The position numbers and the translations under genes are program-made. Source: Wenzhouxiangellaceae bacterium (GTDB lineage Bacteria; Pseudomonadota; Gammaproteobacteria; Xanthomonadales; Wenzhouxiangellaceae). From it: a stretch of 64,000 nucleotides of DNA. Under the pieces are notes generated by a model, which saw nothing but the letters and a program-made list of their open reading frames with translations, made no database searches and was not told the origin of the DNA. Shown piece by piece: positions 19,792 through 29,134 of the stretch. Positions within the stretch are counted from its first letter, which is position 1. The number at the start of each line of letters is the position of its first letter. The DNA lies in assembly GCA_018334995.1 (NCBI GenBank), contig JAGXKW010000003.1, positions 35,996 to 99,995 on the forward strand. Reading direction: 5' to 3'.

Positions 19792-22700
19792 ATGTTCTCG
19801 CCGCAATTCATTGCGCTGATCGCGCTGGCCTATGTCGGCCTGCTGTTCGCGCTGGCGTGGATCGGCGATCGATTGCCGCAAGACCGTCTGAGCGGCCGCA
19901 CGCGAACCGTCGTCTACAGCCTGTCGCTGGCCGTCTACTGCACTTCCTGGACGTTCTTCGGCGCCGTCGGCAGCGCGGCCGCCGACGGCTGGCTGTTCGC
20001 CACGATCTATATCGGACCGATCCTGGTGCTGGTGCTGGGTCATGACCTGATGCACCGGATCCTCAAGCTCAGCCGCGAGCAGCGCCTGACTTCGATTGCC
20101 GATTTCATCGCGCATCGTTTCGGCAAGTCGCGGCCGCTGGCCGTGCTGGTCACGCTGGCCGCCGTGCTGGGCGCCATTCCCTACATCGCGCTTCAGCTCA
20201 AGGCGGTGACCAACGGCGTGGTGATCATCACCGATGAGCCGCAGCGTCTGTCGCAATCTTCGCTGGCCCTGGTCCTGGCGATGGCGCTGGGCGCGTTTTC
20301 GATTCTGTTCGGCGCGCGCCGCCTGGAAGCCAGCGAGCACCATCGCGGGATGGTGCTTGCGGTGGCATTCGAATCGCTGGTCAAGCTGCTGGCCTTCGGC
20401 GCGGTTGCCTTGTGGGCGCTTTATGCATTGCTCGATGGCCCGGGCGGGCTGGTGCGCACGATCGCCGGCAACGCCGACTATCGCGAACTTTTCATGCCCG
20501 ACCGACTGCCCGGCGGTTTCTGGGTGCAGACGCTTTTGGGCGCTGCCGCCATTCTGTGCCTGCCCAGGCAATTCCAGGTCACATTCGTCGAGAATGAACG
20601 GACCGACGACCTGAACGCCGCACGCTGGCTGTTTCCCGCCTACCTCCTCGGATTCACGCTGCTGGTGGTGCCGATCACCGTTGCCGGACTGCAGCGCTTT
20701 GCCGGTCAGTCGGCCAATGCCGACATGTTCATGCTCAGCCTGCCGATGAGCGCGGATCTTCCGCTGCTCACGCTGCTGTCGTTCGTCGGCGGATTTTCCG
20801 CGGCGACCGGCATGGTGATCGTCGCGACCGTGGCGTTGGCGACCATGGTGAGCAATGACCTGATTGCGCCGCTGCTGATGCAGCTGAAGATTCACCGCAG
20901 CCGTGACTTCGGTCGCTTGCTGCTGCACACCCGGCGCGTGACGATTCTCGTCCTGGCCGCGCTCAGCTGGCTGTATTACCTGGCGCTGCCGTCGGCGGAT
21001 GCGCTGGCTTCGATCGGATTGATGGCCTTCGCCGCGGTGATCCAGTTCGCGCCGGCGCTGGTGTTCGGGGTGTACTGGCGGCGTGCCAGTCGCGAAGGCG
21101 TCATGGCGGGTCTGATGCTGGGGCTGGGCAGCTGGCTGTCGCTGATTTTCGTGCCTTCGATCGTCTCGGCCTGGCCGGAATGGGGCAGGTCGAATCTCAA
21201 CGATGCGGTATTGCTGGGACTGTCGCTCAACATCGCCGCGCTGGTATCGATATCGTTATGGGTGCGCCGGCGCCGGCCGACCCTGCCGATGCTGCTGGGA
21301 CGCCGGGATTCGCTGCGCCCGGTCACCGTCGGCGAGTTGCGCAGGCTGGCGATGAGTTTCATCGGCCGCGAGCGCGTCGACCTCGCGTTCGCCAACGCGA
21401 TGGATCTCGGCCCCGAGACCGGTTTCGAAAAGATCGAGGCCAAGCCGGCAAACGCCGAGCTGGTCGGGTTCACCGAACGCCTGCTGGCCGGATGTATCGG
21501 CTCGGCCTCGGCGCGCACCGTGCTCACCGCAGGTCTTCGACGCAGCGGCATGGACGCCGACGAGGCGCTGGCGCTGCTGGAACAGACCTCCAGCGCAATC
21601 CAGTTCAATCGCGATCTGCTGGAGGCCACCCTGGATCACATCAGCCAGGGCGTCAGCGTGGTCGACGCCGACCTGCGCCTGGTGAGCTGGAACCGGGCTT
21701 ACGTCGAACTGCTCGGCTATCCGCCCGGCATGGTCTATCTCGGGCGACCGGTCGAAGAGCTGATCCGCTTCAATCTGGAGCGCGAGCAGCGCGGCAGTCG
21801 CGCCGAAATCGAATCGGCCATCGACCGCAGGATGCACCATATGCGCCGGGGCACCTCCTATCTTTATGAACGTCGCCACGGCGACGGTCGGGTGATCGAG
21901 ATCCGCGGCAATCCCATGCCGCGCGGCGGCTATGTCACGACCTATACCGATATCACCAGCTTCAAGCAGAACGAGACCGAGCTCAAAAGCGCCTATGAAA
22001 CCATGGAGCAGCAGGTCAACAAGCGCACCCGCGAGCTGCGCGCAACCATGCAGGCACTGGAGATTGCCAAGCACGACGCCGAGCAGGCCAACCGGAGCAA
22101 GACGCGGTTCCTCGCCGCTGCCAGCCACGACCTCCTGCAACCCCTGAACGCCGCACGCCTGTTTTCGGCCAATCTCGGTCAAAGCATCGATCGCCTGCCG
22201 CCCGAAGAGGGACGCCTGGTGCGGCGCATGGATCACAGCCTGGGCGTGGCCGAGGAACTGCTCTCGGCGCTGCTCGACATCAGCCGTCTCGATCAGGGCG
22301 CGCTGCAGCCGAAGTGGACGCGCGTATCGGCGGCGAAGCTGCTCGACAAGGTCGAGCGCCAGTTCTCGGCGCTGGCCGAGCGGCGCGACCTTCGGCTCAG
22401 GGTGCGGGCCTGCCGTCGTCACGTGCGCGCCGATGCCAGGCTGCTGCAGCGCGTGCTGTTCAATCTGGTCAACAACGCACTGCGTTACACGCGCGCCGGC
22501 GGCGTGCTGGTCGGCTGCCGGGTGCGCGGAAGCGTGCTGCGGTTCGAGGTCTGGGATACCGGTCCGGGTATCGTCCCCGACGAGCAGGAACGCATCTTCG
22601 AGGAGTTCGAGCGCCTGGCCGGCGACGCCGAGGAGCCGGAATTCGACCAGGGGCTGGGGCTGGGACTCTCGATCTGCCGCCGCATATGCCGCATGCTCGA

Positions 22701-23205
22701 AGCGCCGCTGGAGCTGAAGTCCAGGCCGGGCGCCGGCAGCCTGTTCGTCGTCTCGCTGCGCCTGGACGACGGCGACGGCCACCCGGCGCAAACGGCCGAA
22801 AACGCGCCAACGGCCCGCTCGCCCAGCAGCTTCGAGGGCATGGAAGTACTGTGCCTCGACGACGACCGCGAGATTCTCGACGGCATGCAGATGCTGCTGG
22901 AGCGCTGGGGCTGCCGGGTGCGGATCGCGGCCAACCGCAGCGACGCGCTGGACGCCGTCGGCGAGGAAACCGGCCTGATCATCGCCGATTATCACCTCGG
23001 CGGCGGCGATGACGGGGTGTCGGCCAGTGCCGAACTCCGGCGTGCGGCAGGCCGTGAAATTCCGGTACTGATCCTGACTGCCGATCGCGAGGACGAGCTC
23101 GGCGACCTGCTCGAAGCGCTCGGCTATCAGCGCCTGTTCAAGCCGGTCAAGCCCGCGGCCCTGCGGGCGCTGATGCGGCATCTCGTCGCATCCCGCCCAG
23201 GTTGA
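19792..23205 (+). CDS. hybrid sensor histidine kinase with N-terminal SLC5/SSS-like transporter domain (CrbS/MxtR/CbrA-type)
   Basis: Approx. 500-aa multi-TM symporter-like domain. PAS (LDHISQGVSVVDADLRLVSWNRAYVELLGYPPG). H-box RFLAAASHDLLQPLNAARLF. HATPase (WDTGPGI...GLGLGLSICRRI). C-terminal receiver (LIIADYHLGG). Confidence 0.9.
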   Translation: MFSPQFIALIALAYVGLLFALAWIGDRLPQDRLSGRTRTVVYSLSLAVYCTSWTFFGAVGSAAADGWLFATIYIGPILVLVLGHDLMHRILKLSREQRLTSIADFIAHRFGKSRPLAVLVTLAAVLGAIPYIALQLKAVTNGVVIITDEPQRLSQSSLALVLAMALGAFSILFGARRLEASEHHRGMVLAVAFESLVKLLAFGAVALWALYALLDGPGGLVRTIAGNADYRELFMPDRLPGGFWVQTLLGAAAILCLPRQFQVTFVENERTDDLNAARWLFPAYLLGFTLLVVPITVAGLQRFAGQSANADMFMLSLPMSADLPLLTLLSFVGGFSAATGMVIVATVALATMVSNDLIAPLLMQLKIHRSRDFGRLLLHTRRVTILVLAALSWLYYLALPSADALASIGLMAFAAVIQFAPALVFGVYWRRASREGVMAGLMLGLGSWLSLIFVPSIVSAWPEWGRSNLNDAVLLGLSLNIAALVSISLWVRRRRPTLPMLLGRRDSLRPVTVGELRRLAMSFIGRERVDLAFANAMDLGPETGFEKIEAKPANAELVGFTERLLAGCIGSASARTVLTAGLRRSGMDADEALALLEQTSSAIQFNRDLLEATLDHISQGVSVVDADLRLVSWNRAYVELLGYPPGMVYLGRPVEELIRFNLEREQRGSRAEIESAIDRRMHHMRRGTSYLYERRHGDGRVIEIRGNPMPRGGYVTTYTDITSFKQNETELKSAYETMEQQVNKRTRELRATMQALEIAKHDAEQANRSKTRFLAAASHDLLQPLNAARLFSANLGQSIDRLPPEEGRLVRRMDHSLGVAEELLSALLDISRLDQGALQPKWTRVSAAKLLDKVERQFSALAERRDLRLRVRACRRHVRADARLLQRVLFNLVNNALRYTRAGGVLVGCRVRGSVLRFEVWDTGPGIVPDEQERIFEEFERLAGDAEEPEFDQGLGLGLSICRRICRMLEAPLELKSRPGAGSLFVVSLRLDDGDGHPAQTAENAPTARSPSSFEGMEVLCLDDDREILDGMQMLLERWGCRVRIAANRSDALDAVGEETGLIIADYHLGGGDDGVSASAELRRAAGREIPVLILTADREDELGDLLEALGYQRLFKPVKPAALRALMRHLVASRPG

Positions 23206-23377
23206 TACGGCAGCCGCAGGCATTGCCGCCGCCATCCCTGCGCACCTGATCGCGATTCGAAACGACCGACGTGGCATGCATCACGTGTGGAAGCATTCCG
23301 GCGCTGATGTTGCAGCTCTGAAAGCGTGTACGTGCAACACGACTTTTTGGGGAGGCAGTTTGAATATCGAATTCTCG

Positions 23378-24562
23378 ATGCTGGACATGCGCACCATGGC
23401 ATTTGCCTCGAGCGTCAGCGGCTTCCTGATGGCCGCGACCATGCTCGGCATCTACCACGCGGGCATGCGGGCACGGGCCATGCTCGACTGGCTGGTGGCC
23501 GGCCTGGCATTCGGCTTCGGTTACCTGCTGGGCAACCTGGCGCTGGTGACGAGCTTGCCCGTTTCAGACGAAATCGCCATTTCGCTGGCCAATGCGCTGA
23601 TCTCGGCCGGCCATGCTTTTGTTCTTGTCGGCGTACAGCGCTATCTCGGTCAGCGCACCTGGACGGCCCCGCTGCTGGGCGTCGTCGGCCTGTTGTTCGT
23701 CCTCGGCATCGCGGTCGAAGGGCTGCGCGAAGCCTTGAGCCTGCGCATCCTGATGTTCAACATGCTGCATTTCCTGCTGGCGGCCTGGACCGGCCTGCTG
23801 CTGTGGCGCAGCCGGCGTCGGGGCATGCGGTCGTTTCATCGCATGGCCGCGGCAGTGCTGCTGGGTTTTGCGGTCGTGCTGGCGTTTCGCTTCGCCAGTG
23901 AACTGGTCGAACCGCTCGCGGGTCGGGTGATCACTCACGAAACATCCCAGGGCCTCGGGTTTCTGGGTGCGATGATCTTCGGCTTTCTGCTGACCATGGC
24001 ATTTGCCGTGATGATGTTTCGCGAAAAGCAGGTCGAGTTGATGGACCTGGCCGAACGCGACCCGTTGACCGGCATGAACAATCGGCTGTCGCTCGACGAA
24101 ATCGCCGAAAAATACATGCAACGCGCCGATTGCCACGGGCTGGACCTGTCGGTGCTGCTGTTCGATCTGGATCATTTCAAGCGGGTCAACGACGAATTCG
24201 GCCACCAGGTCGGCGACCGCGTGCTCGGCGAGGTGGCGCGGCGGATCAACCAGGTGATGCGCGGCAACGACGTGGCATTTCGCTTCGGCGGCGAGGAGTT
24301 TCTCGCCTTGCTGCCGGGTGCGGCGCTGGATCAGGCCGAGCAGGTGGCCGAGCGCCTGCGCCAGGTCATCTCCGCGCGTCCGATCGCCGTCGGCGAGCAT
24401 CGCCTCGGCCTGACCGCGAGCTTCGGCGTGGCGCAGTACATGCCGGGGCGGGAGACCTGGGACGATTGCGTGCGGCGCGTCGACGAAGCCCTGTACCGGT
24501 CCAAGCGCGGCGGGCGCGATCGAATTTCGCGCCACGCGCCGATTGCCGTTGACGCGGTGTGA
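23378..24562 (+). CDS. membrane-anchored diguanylate cyclase (GGDEF)
   Basis: Approx. 6 N-terminal TM helices, then a GGDEF domain (DPLTGMNNRLSLDE, FRFGGEEFLALLPG, I-site RGND). Start uncertain (ATG 23378/23387; the track ORF starts at 23276). Confidence 0.85.
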   Translation: MLDMRTMAFASSVSGFLMAATMLGIYHAGMRARAMLDWLVAGLAFGFGYLLGNLALVTSLPVSDEIAISLANALISAGHAFVLVGVQRYLGQRTWTAPLLGVVGLLFVLGIAVEGLREALSLRILMFNMLHFLLAAWTGLLLWRSRRRGMRSFHRMAAAVLLGFAVVLAFRFASELVEPLAGRVITHETSQGLGFLGAMIFGFLLTMAFAVMMFREKQVELMDLAERDPLTGMNNRLSLDEIAEKYMQRADCHGLDLSVLLFDLDHFKRVNDEFGHQVGDRVLGEVARRINQVMRGNDVAFRFGGEEFLALLPGAALDQAEQVAERLRQVISARPIAVGEHRLGLTASFGVAQYMPGRETWDDCVRRVDEALYRSKRGGRDRISRHAPIAVDAV

Positions 24563-24669
24563 TTGTTTCCGGCTCGGTTGCGTCCTCCAGGGAGGGCATC
24601 AGCGGCGTATTCCAAGTACCATAGACGTTTGCACCGGAAACCCGATCCGGGAGAGATTCAGACAGCATC

Positions 24670-25176
24670 ATGTGGTGCCCCTTCTGCAACCATACCGACA
24701 CCCGCGTGGTCGATTCGCGCCTGACCTCGGACGGCTACCAGATTCGCCGGCGGCGCGAGTGCGCGCACTGCGGGGCGCGCTTCAATACCTTCGAGGCGCC
24801 GGCGCTGCGCGCGCCCAACGTGATCAAGTCCAACGGCTCGCGCGAGGCCTTCGACGAGGACAAGCTCAGGTCCGGCATGCAGCGCGCGCTCGAGAAGCGT
24901 CCGGTGGAGACCCAGCAGGTCGAACGCGCCATCCGCGACCTGCTGCGCAAGATCCGCACCCTGGAGGAGCCCGAGGTGCCCAGCAAGGCGATCGGCGAAT
25001 GGGTGGCCACCGAACTGGCCAAGCTCGACCAGGTCGCTTATGTGCGCTTCGCCTCGGTGTATCGCCGTTTCGAGGACGTGCAGGCGTTTCGCGAGGAAAT
25101 CGAGCGGCTTGAGAAGGAAAACCCCGGCGCGCTGGACAGCCGCCAGATCTCGCTCCTGGGCCGGCGCGATGATTGA
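24670..25176 (+). CDS. nrdR: transcriptional repressor NrdR
   Basis: MWCPFCNHTDTRVVDSRL zinc ribbon (CxxC...CxxC) plus ATP-cone. Precedes ribD as in most bacteria. Confidence 0.95.
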   Translation: MWCPFCNHTDTRVVDSRLTSDGYQIRRRRECAHCGARFNTFEAPALRAPNVIKSNGSREAFDEDKLRSGMQRALEKRPVETQQVERAIRDLLRKIRTLEEPEVPSKAIGEWVATELAKLDQVAYVRFASVYRRFEDVQAFREEIERLEKENPGALDSRQISLLGRRDD

Positions 25177-26284
25177 AACCGCGGCCCGGTCATTCAGCGC
25201 GCGTGATCATGCCTTGATGGCCGAGGCGCTGCGGCTGGCGCGCAAGGGGCTGTGGACCGCCGAGCCGAATCCGCGGGTCGGTTGCGTGATCGCGCAGCAA
25301 GGGTGTATTGCCGGTCGCGGCTGGCACGCGCGTACAGGCGGTCCCCATGCCGAAGCACGCGCGCTGGCCGAGGCCGCCGATGCGGCACGCGGGGCGACGG
25401 TCTACGTCACGCTGGAGCCGTGCAGTCATCACGGGCGCACCCCGCCGTGCGTCGAGGCCTTGATCGACGCCGGCGTCGCGCGCGTGATCTGTGCGCTGCG
25501 CGACCCGCATCCGAGCGTGGCCGGCGCGGGCATGCGGTGGCTTCGGCGCGCCGGCATCGAGGTGCGCTGCGGCCTGATGGCGGACCAGGCGCAGGATCTC
25601 AACCGCGGATTTCTCAGCCGCATCGAGCGCGGCCGGCCCTGGATCCGGGCCAAGCTGGCCGGTTCGCTGGACGGCAGGAGCGCCGGGCCGGACGGCGAAT
25701 CGAAATGGATTACCGGCGCGGCGGCGCGCCGCGACGGGCATCGCTGGCGCGCCCGGGCCGGCGCCGTTCTGACCGGCATCGAGACCGTGCTGGCCGACGA
25801 TCCGCGCCTGGACGTGCGCCTGGACGGGTTCGCCAAGACGCCGCTGGTGGTCGTGGCCGACAGCCGCGCTCGCCTGCCCGCTACGGCCAGGCTTTTGACC
25901 ACCGGAGCGCGCGTGATCCAGGCCGTCGTTTCGGCCGAAGGAGCTGCGCCGCCGGGGTGCGAACGCGTTCGGCCGGGCGCCGACACGAACGGCCGGCTCG
26001 ACCTTGCCGAACTGCTTTCGGTGCTGGCCCGGCGTGAGATCAACGAGGTGCACGTCGAAGCCGGCCCCGCGCTGACCGGCGCCTTGCTGAGCGCCGAACT
26101 GGTCGATGAACTTCTCGTCTACCAGGCGCCCTGTATCATCGGAGCCGAAGGCGGTCCGCTGGCCCGGCTGCCCGGTGTGGAAAAGCTCGATCAGCGCCTC
26201 CATTTCAAGCTGTTGGAGCGACGCATGGTCGGTCAGGACCTGCGCCTGCGCCTGGCTCCGCGTTCCGAAACCGGTAGTCGGTAG
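25169..26284 (+). CDS. ribD: bifunctional diaminohydroxyphosphoribosylaminopyrimidine deaminase / 5-amino-6-(5-phosphoribosylamino)uracil reductase
   Basis: Start moved to ATG 25169 (overlaps the nrdR end). Deaminase motifs HAEARAL and TLEPCSHHGRTPPC. C-terminal reductase domain. Confidence 0.93.
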   Translation: MIETAARSFSARDHALMAEALRLARKGLWTAEPNPRVGCVIAQQGCIAGRGWHARTGGPHAEARALAEAADAARGATVYVTLEPCSHHGRTPPCVEALIDAGVARVICALRDPHPSVAGAGMRWLRRAGIEVRCGLMADQAQDLNRGFLSRIERGRPWIRAKLAGSLDGRSAGPDGESKWITGAAARRDGHRWRARAGAVLTGIETVLADDPRLDVRLDGFAKTPLVVVADSRARLPATARLLTTGARVIQAVVSAEGAAPPGCERVRPGADTNGRLDLAELLSVLARREINEVHVEAGPALTGALLSAELVDELLVYQAPCIIGAEGGPLARLPGVEKLDQRLHFKLLERRMVGQDLRLRLAPRSETGSR

Positions 26285-26445
26285 TCGGAAGCCGGAAGCC
26301 GGAAGCCGGAAGCCGGAAGCCGGAAGCCGGGAAAACCTTTCGCCGGCAAGGCCGGCCCGCACAGGACGGCGTCGATTCGTCGATTCGTCGATTCGTCTTT
26401 TCGAAACGACAAAACGACAAATCCTGAAACCTTAAACCTGAAAGC
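26272..26445. repeat. ribD-ribE spacer composed of four consecutive short tandem-repeat blocks
   Basis: Read directly: (CGGTAGT)x2+(CGGAAGC)x6 at 26272-26327; (GTCGATTC)x3 at 26371-26394; (AAACGACA)x2 at 26404-26419; three CTKAAAS-like units at 26423-26445. The first block contains the ribD stop (TAG 26282-26284). Confidence 0.9.
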
Positions 26446-26455
26446 TCGAATCTGA

Positions 26456-27052
26456 ATGTTCACCGGAATCGTCAAGGCCCAGGGCCGAATCGCAAGTATC
26501 GAACCGGCCCACGGCGGCAAGCGCCTGATCATAGAGGCCGATGCGCTGGCCGGATTCGGCCTGCAGGTCGGCGACAGCGTCGCGGTCAACGGCGTGTGCC
26601 TGACCGCGCTGGACCCGCAGCCGACCGCGTTCGCCGCCGACGCCTCGCCCGAGACGCTGGCGCTGACGTCGCTGGGAAAGCTGGAGGCCGGGTCCGCGGT
26701 CAACCTGGAACCGGCGCTGAAGGCCGGCGACGCGCTGGGCGGCCACATGGTCTCGGGCCACGTCGACGGCATGGCCGTGCTGGTCGAGCGCAGCGATGCC
26801 GGCGACAACCGGCAGATGCGCTTCGAAGCCCCGGCCGGCCTGTCGCGCTATATTGCGCACAAGGGCTCGGTGACGCTCGACGGCGTCAGCCTGACGGTCA
26901 ACCGGGTCGACGGAAACGTTTTTGAACTGAACCTGATTCCGCATACGCTTGAAGTGACGACGCTGGGTCGGCTGGCCCCGGGCGATCGGGTCAACCTCGA
27001 AGTCGACCAGGTCGCCCGGTACCTCGAGCGCCTGCTGGAAAAACGGGACTGA
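26456..27052 (+). CDS. ribE: riboflavin synthase
   Basis: MFTGIVKAQGRIASIE...GDSVAVNGVCLT, with the internal duplicate GSVTLDGVSLTV. 198 aa. Confidence 0.95.
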   Translation: MFTGIVKAQGRIASIEPAHGGKRLIIEADALAGFGLQVGDSVAVNGVCLTALDPQPTAFAADASPETLALTSLGKLEAGSAVNLEPALKAGDALGGHMVSGHVDGMAVLVERSDAGDNRQMRFEAPAGLSRYIAHKGSVTLDGVSLTVNRVDGNVFELNLIPHTLEVTTLGRLAPGDRVNLEVDQVARYLERLLEKRD

Positions 27053-27055
27053 TGC

Positions 27056-28198
27056 ATGCAATTCGACGCCATTGAATCGATTCTCGACGACATCCGCGCC
27101 GGCAAGATGGTCGTGATGCTCGACGACGAGGATCGCGAGAACGAGGGCGATCTGATCATGGCCGGCAGCATGGTCAAGCCCGACGACATCAATTTCATGG
27201 CCCGCTACGGTCGCGGCCTGATCTGCCTGTCGCTGACCCGCGAGCGCTGCAAGCAGCTCGGCCTGCAGCTGATGGTGCGCGATACCGACCGTCACCACCA
27301 GACCAACTTCACCGTTTCCATCGAGGCGGCCGAGGGCGTGACGACCGGCATTTCGGCCTACGACCGCGCGCACACCATCCGCACCGCGGTGCGCCCGGAT
27401 GCGACGCCGGACAGCCTGGCCCAGCCGGGCCACGTGTTCCCCCTGATGGCCCAGCCCGGCGGCGTGATGGCGCGCGCCGGCCATACCGAGGCCAGCCTGG
27501 ACCTCGCGCTGCTGGCCGGGCTGGAGCCGGCCGGCGTGCTGGTCGAGATTCTCAACGAGGACGGCACCATGGCGCGTCGGCCCGAACTGGAGCGCTTCGC
27601 CGCCGAACACGACCTGAAGATGGGCACGGTGGCCGACCTGATCCGCTATCGTCTCGGCACCGAACAGAACGTGGAATGCATTCACACCCAGACCGTGGGC
27701 ACCGCACACGGGCCGTTCGCGCTCAAGGTCTTCCGCGACCGCATCAATCACAAGCTGCACTGGGCGCTGGTGCGCGGCGAAATCGCGCCCGACGAGCCGT
27801 TCCCGGTGCGCGTGCACGTGCCGGAACTGCTGGGCGACGTGATGGGCCTGACCGGGCCGGCCTTCGGCATGCCGCTGGACGCCGCGCTGGCCGACATCGC
27901 CCGCCGCGGCCGCGGCCTCGCGCTGGTGCTGGGCTATGATGAAAGCGACAGCGATCGGCTGTCCGGCCTGGTCGGCGCCGCGGATGAACGGATCGAGGCC
28001 AAGGACCGCGCCGCCAGCGAACTGCGCAACTACGGTATCGCCGCGCAGATCATCGCCGAACTGGGCATCCGCCGGATGCAGGTCTTCGGCGCGCCCAAAC
28101 GGCTGCATGCGCTGGACGGCTTCGGCCTGGAGATCACAGAATACGTGGTGCCCGGCGAAGACGCCGCGCAGAGAGAATACAGCGAGTCCGCCCAATGA
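27056..28198 (+). CDS. ribB: 3,4-dihydroxy-2-butanone-4-phosphate synthase fused to a degenerate GTP cyclohydrolase II-like domain (RibBX type)
   Basis: N-terminal DHBP synthase (DDEDRENEGDLIMAG...GHTEAS). The C-terminal GCHII-like half reads VRVHVPELLGDVMGLTGPAFG where RibA has VHSECLTGD...RCDCG, so all three zinc Cys are absent. Confidence 0.92.
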   Translation: MQFDAIESILDDIRAGKMVVMLDDEDRENEGDLIMAGSMVKPDDINFMARYGRGLICLSLTRERCKQLGLQLMVRDTDRHHQTNFTVSIEAAEGVTTGISAYDRAHTIRTAVRPDATPDSLAQPGHVFPLMAQPGGVMARAGHTEASLDLALLAGLEPAGVLVEILNEDGTMARRPELERFAAEHDLKMGTVADLIRYRLGTEQNVECIHTQTVGTAHGPFALKVFRDRINHKLHWALVRGEIAPDEPFPVRVHVPELLGDVMGLTGPAFGMPLDAALADIARRGRGLALVLGYDESDSDRLSGLVGAADERIEAKDRAASELRNYGIAAQIIAELGIRRMQVFGAPKRLHALDGFGLEITEYVVPGEDAAQREYSESAQ

Positions 28199-28680
28199 AT
28201 GAAATCGACCCGAAACCCGATGGCCGCGGGCGGCGCATCGGCGTGGCCGTGGCGCGCTTCAACGCCGAGGTCACCGAAATGCTGGTGGCCGGCTGCCGGG
28301 AGAGCCTGCGCGATGCGGGCGTCGGGGAAAGCGACATCGAGCTGGTGCGCGTGCCCGGCGCATGGGAACTGCCGCTGGCCTGCCAGCACATGATCGCCAC
28401 CGGCCGCTTCGACGCCGTGATCGCGCTGGGGGCGGTGGTGCGCGGGGAGACCGCGCACTTCGAATTCATCAGCGGCGAGTGCGCACGCGGCCTGATGCAG
28501 CTGGCGGCCGATACCGGCATGCCGGTCGCGTTCGGCGTGCTGACCCCGGAAAACGGTGACCAGGCGCGCGAGCGCGCCGATCCCGAGCGCGGCAACAAGG
28601 GCCGCGAGGCCGCGCTGGCCGCGCTGGAAATGATCGACCTGGCCGACCGCGTTGGCGCCGGAGAACGTGATGGGCCGTAG
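28195..28680 (+). CDS. ribH: 6,7-dimethyl-8-ribityllumazine synthase
   Basis: RIGVAVARFNAEVTEMLVAG...VPGAWELPLA...VIALGAVVRGETAHFEFI. ATG overlaps the ribBX stop. Confidence 0.95.
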   Translation: MNEIDPKPDGRGRRIGVAVARFNAEVTEMLVAGCRESLRDAGVGESDIELVRVPGAWELPLACQHMIATGRFDAVIALGAVVRGETAHFEFISGECARGLMQLAADTGMPVAFGVLTPENGDQARERADPERGNKGREAALAALEMIDLADRVGAGERDGP

Positions 28681-29134
28681 CCGCAATCGCACGGTCAGCC
28701 CCTACGAGCCGCGCCGGCGCGCACGTCGCCGCGCACTGCAGGCGCTGTACCAGTGGCAGCTCAACGACGACTCCGCCGCCAGCATCATCAAGCAATTCCT
28801 CGAGGAACAGAATTTCGACGACGTCGACGCCGAATACTTCCAGGGCCTGGTCCGCGACGTGATCGCCGAAGGCCCGGCGCTCGACCGGAAGCTGGGCCCG
28901 CACGTCGAGCGCATCGATTCCAGCCTGGACCAGATGGAAAGGGTCATCCTGCGGATCGGCGCGGTCGAGCTGCTCAAGCACCCTGAAATCCCGTACCGGG
29001 TCGTCATCGACGAAGCCGTCGAGCTGGCCCATCGCTTCGGCGCCGAGCAGGGCCACTTGTTCGTCAACGGCGTGCTCGACCGCCTGGCGCGCGAACTGCG
29101 TCCGGTCGAGTTCCAGGCCGAAAGCGGCGGCTGA
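28670..29134 (+). CDS. nusB: transcription antitermination factor NusB
   Basis: MGRSRNRTVSPYEPRRRARRRALQALYQWQL... is a typical NusB N-terminus. ATG 28670 is preferred over TTG 28652. Follows ribH. Confidence 0.93.
   Translation: MGRSRNRTVSPYEPRRRARRRALQALYQWQLNDDSAASIIKQFLEEQNFDDVDAEYFQGLVRDVIAEGPALDRKLGPHVERIDSSLDQMERVILRIGAVELLKHPEIPYRVVIDEAVELAHRFGAEQGHLFVNGVLDRLARELRPVEFQAESGG

Noticed and set aside
26285-26455. Possible FMN riboswitch (RFN element) or CRISPR-like array in the rib spacer
   Set aside because: No conserved RFN core could be found by eye. The repeats are 7-8 bp units in direct contact with no spacers, so this is not a CRISPR. No cas genes are in the window.
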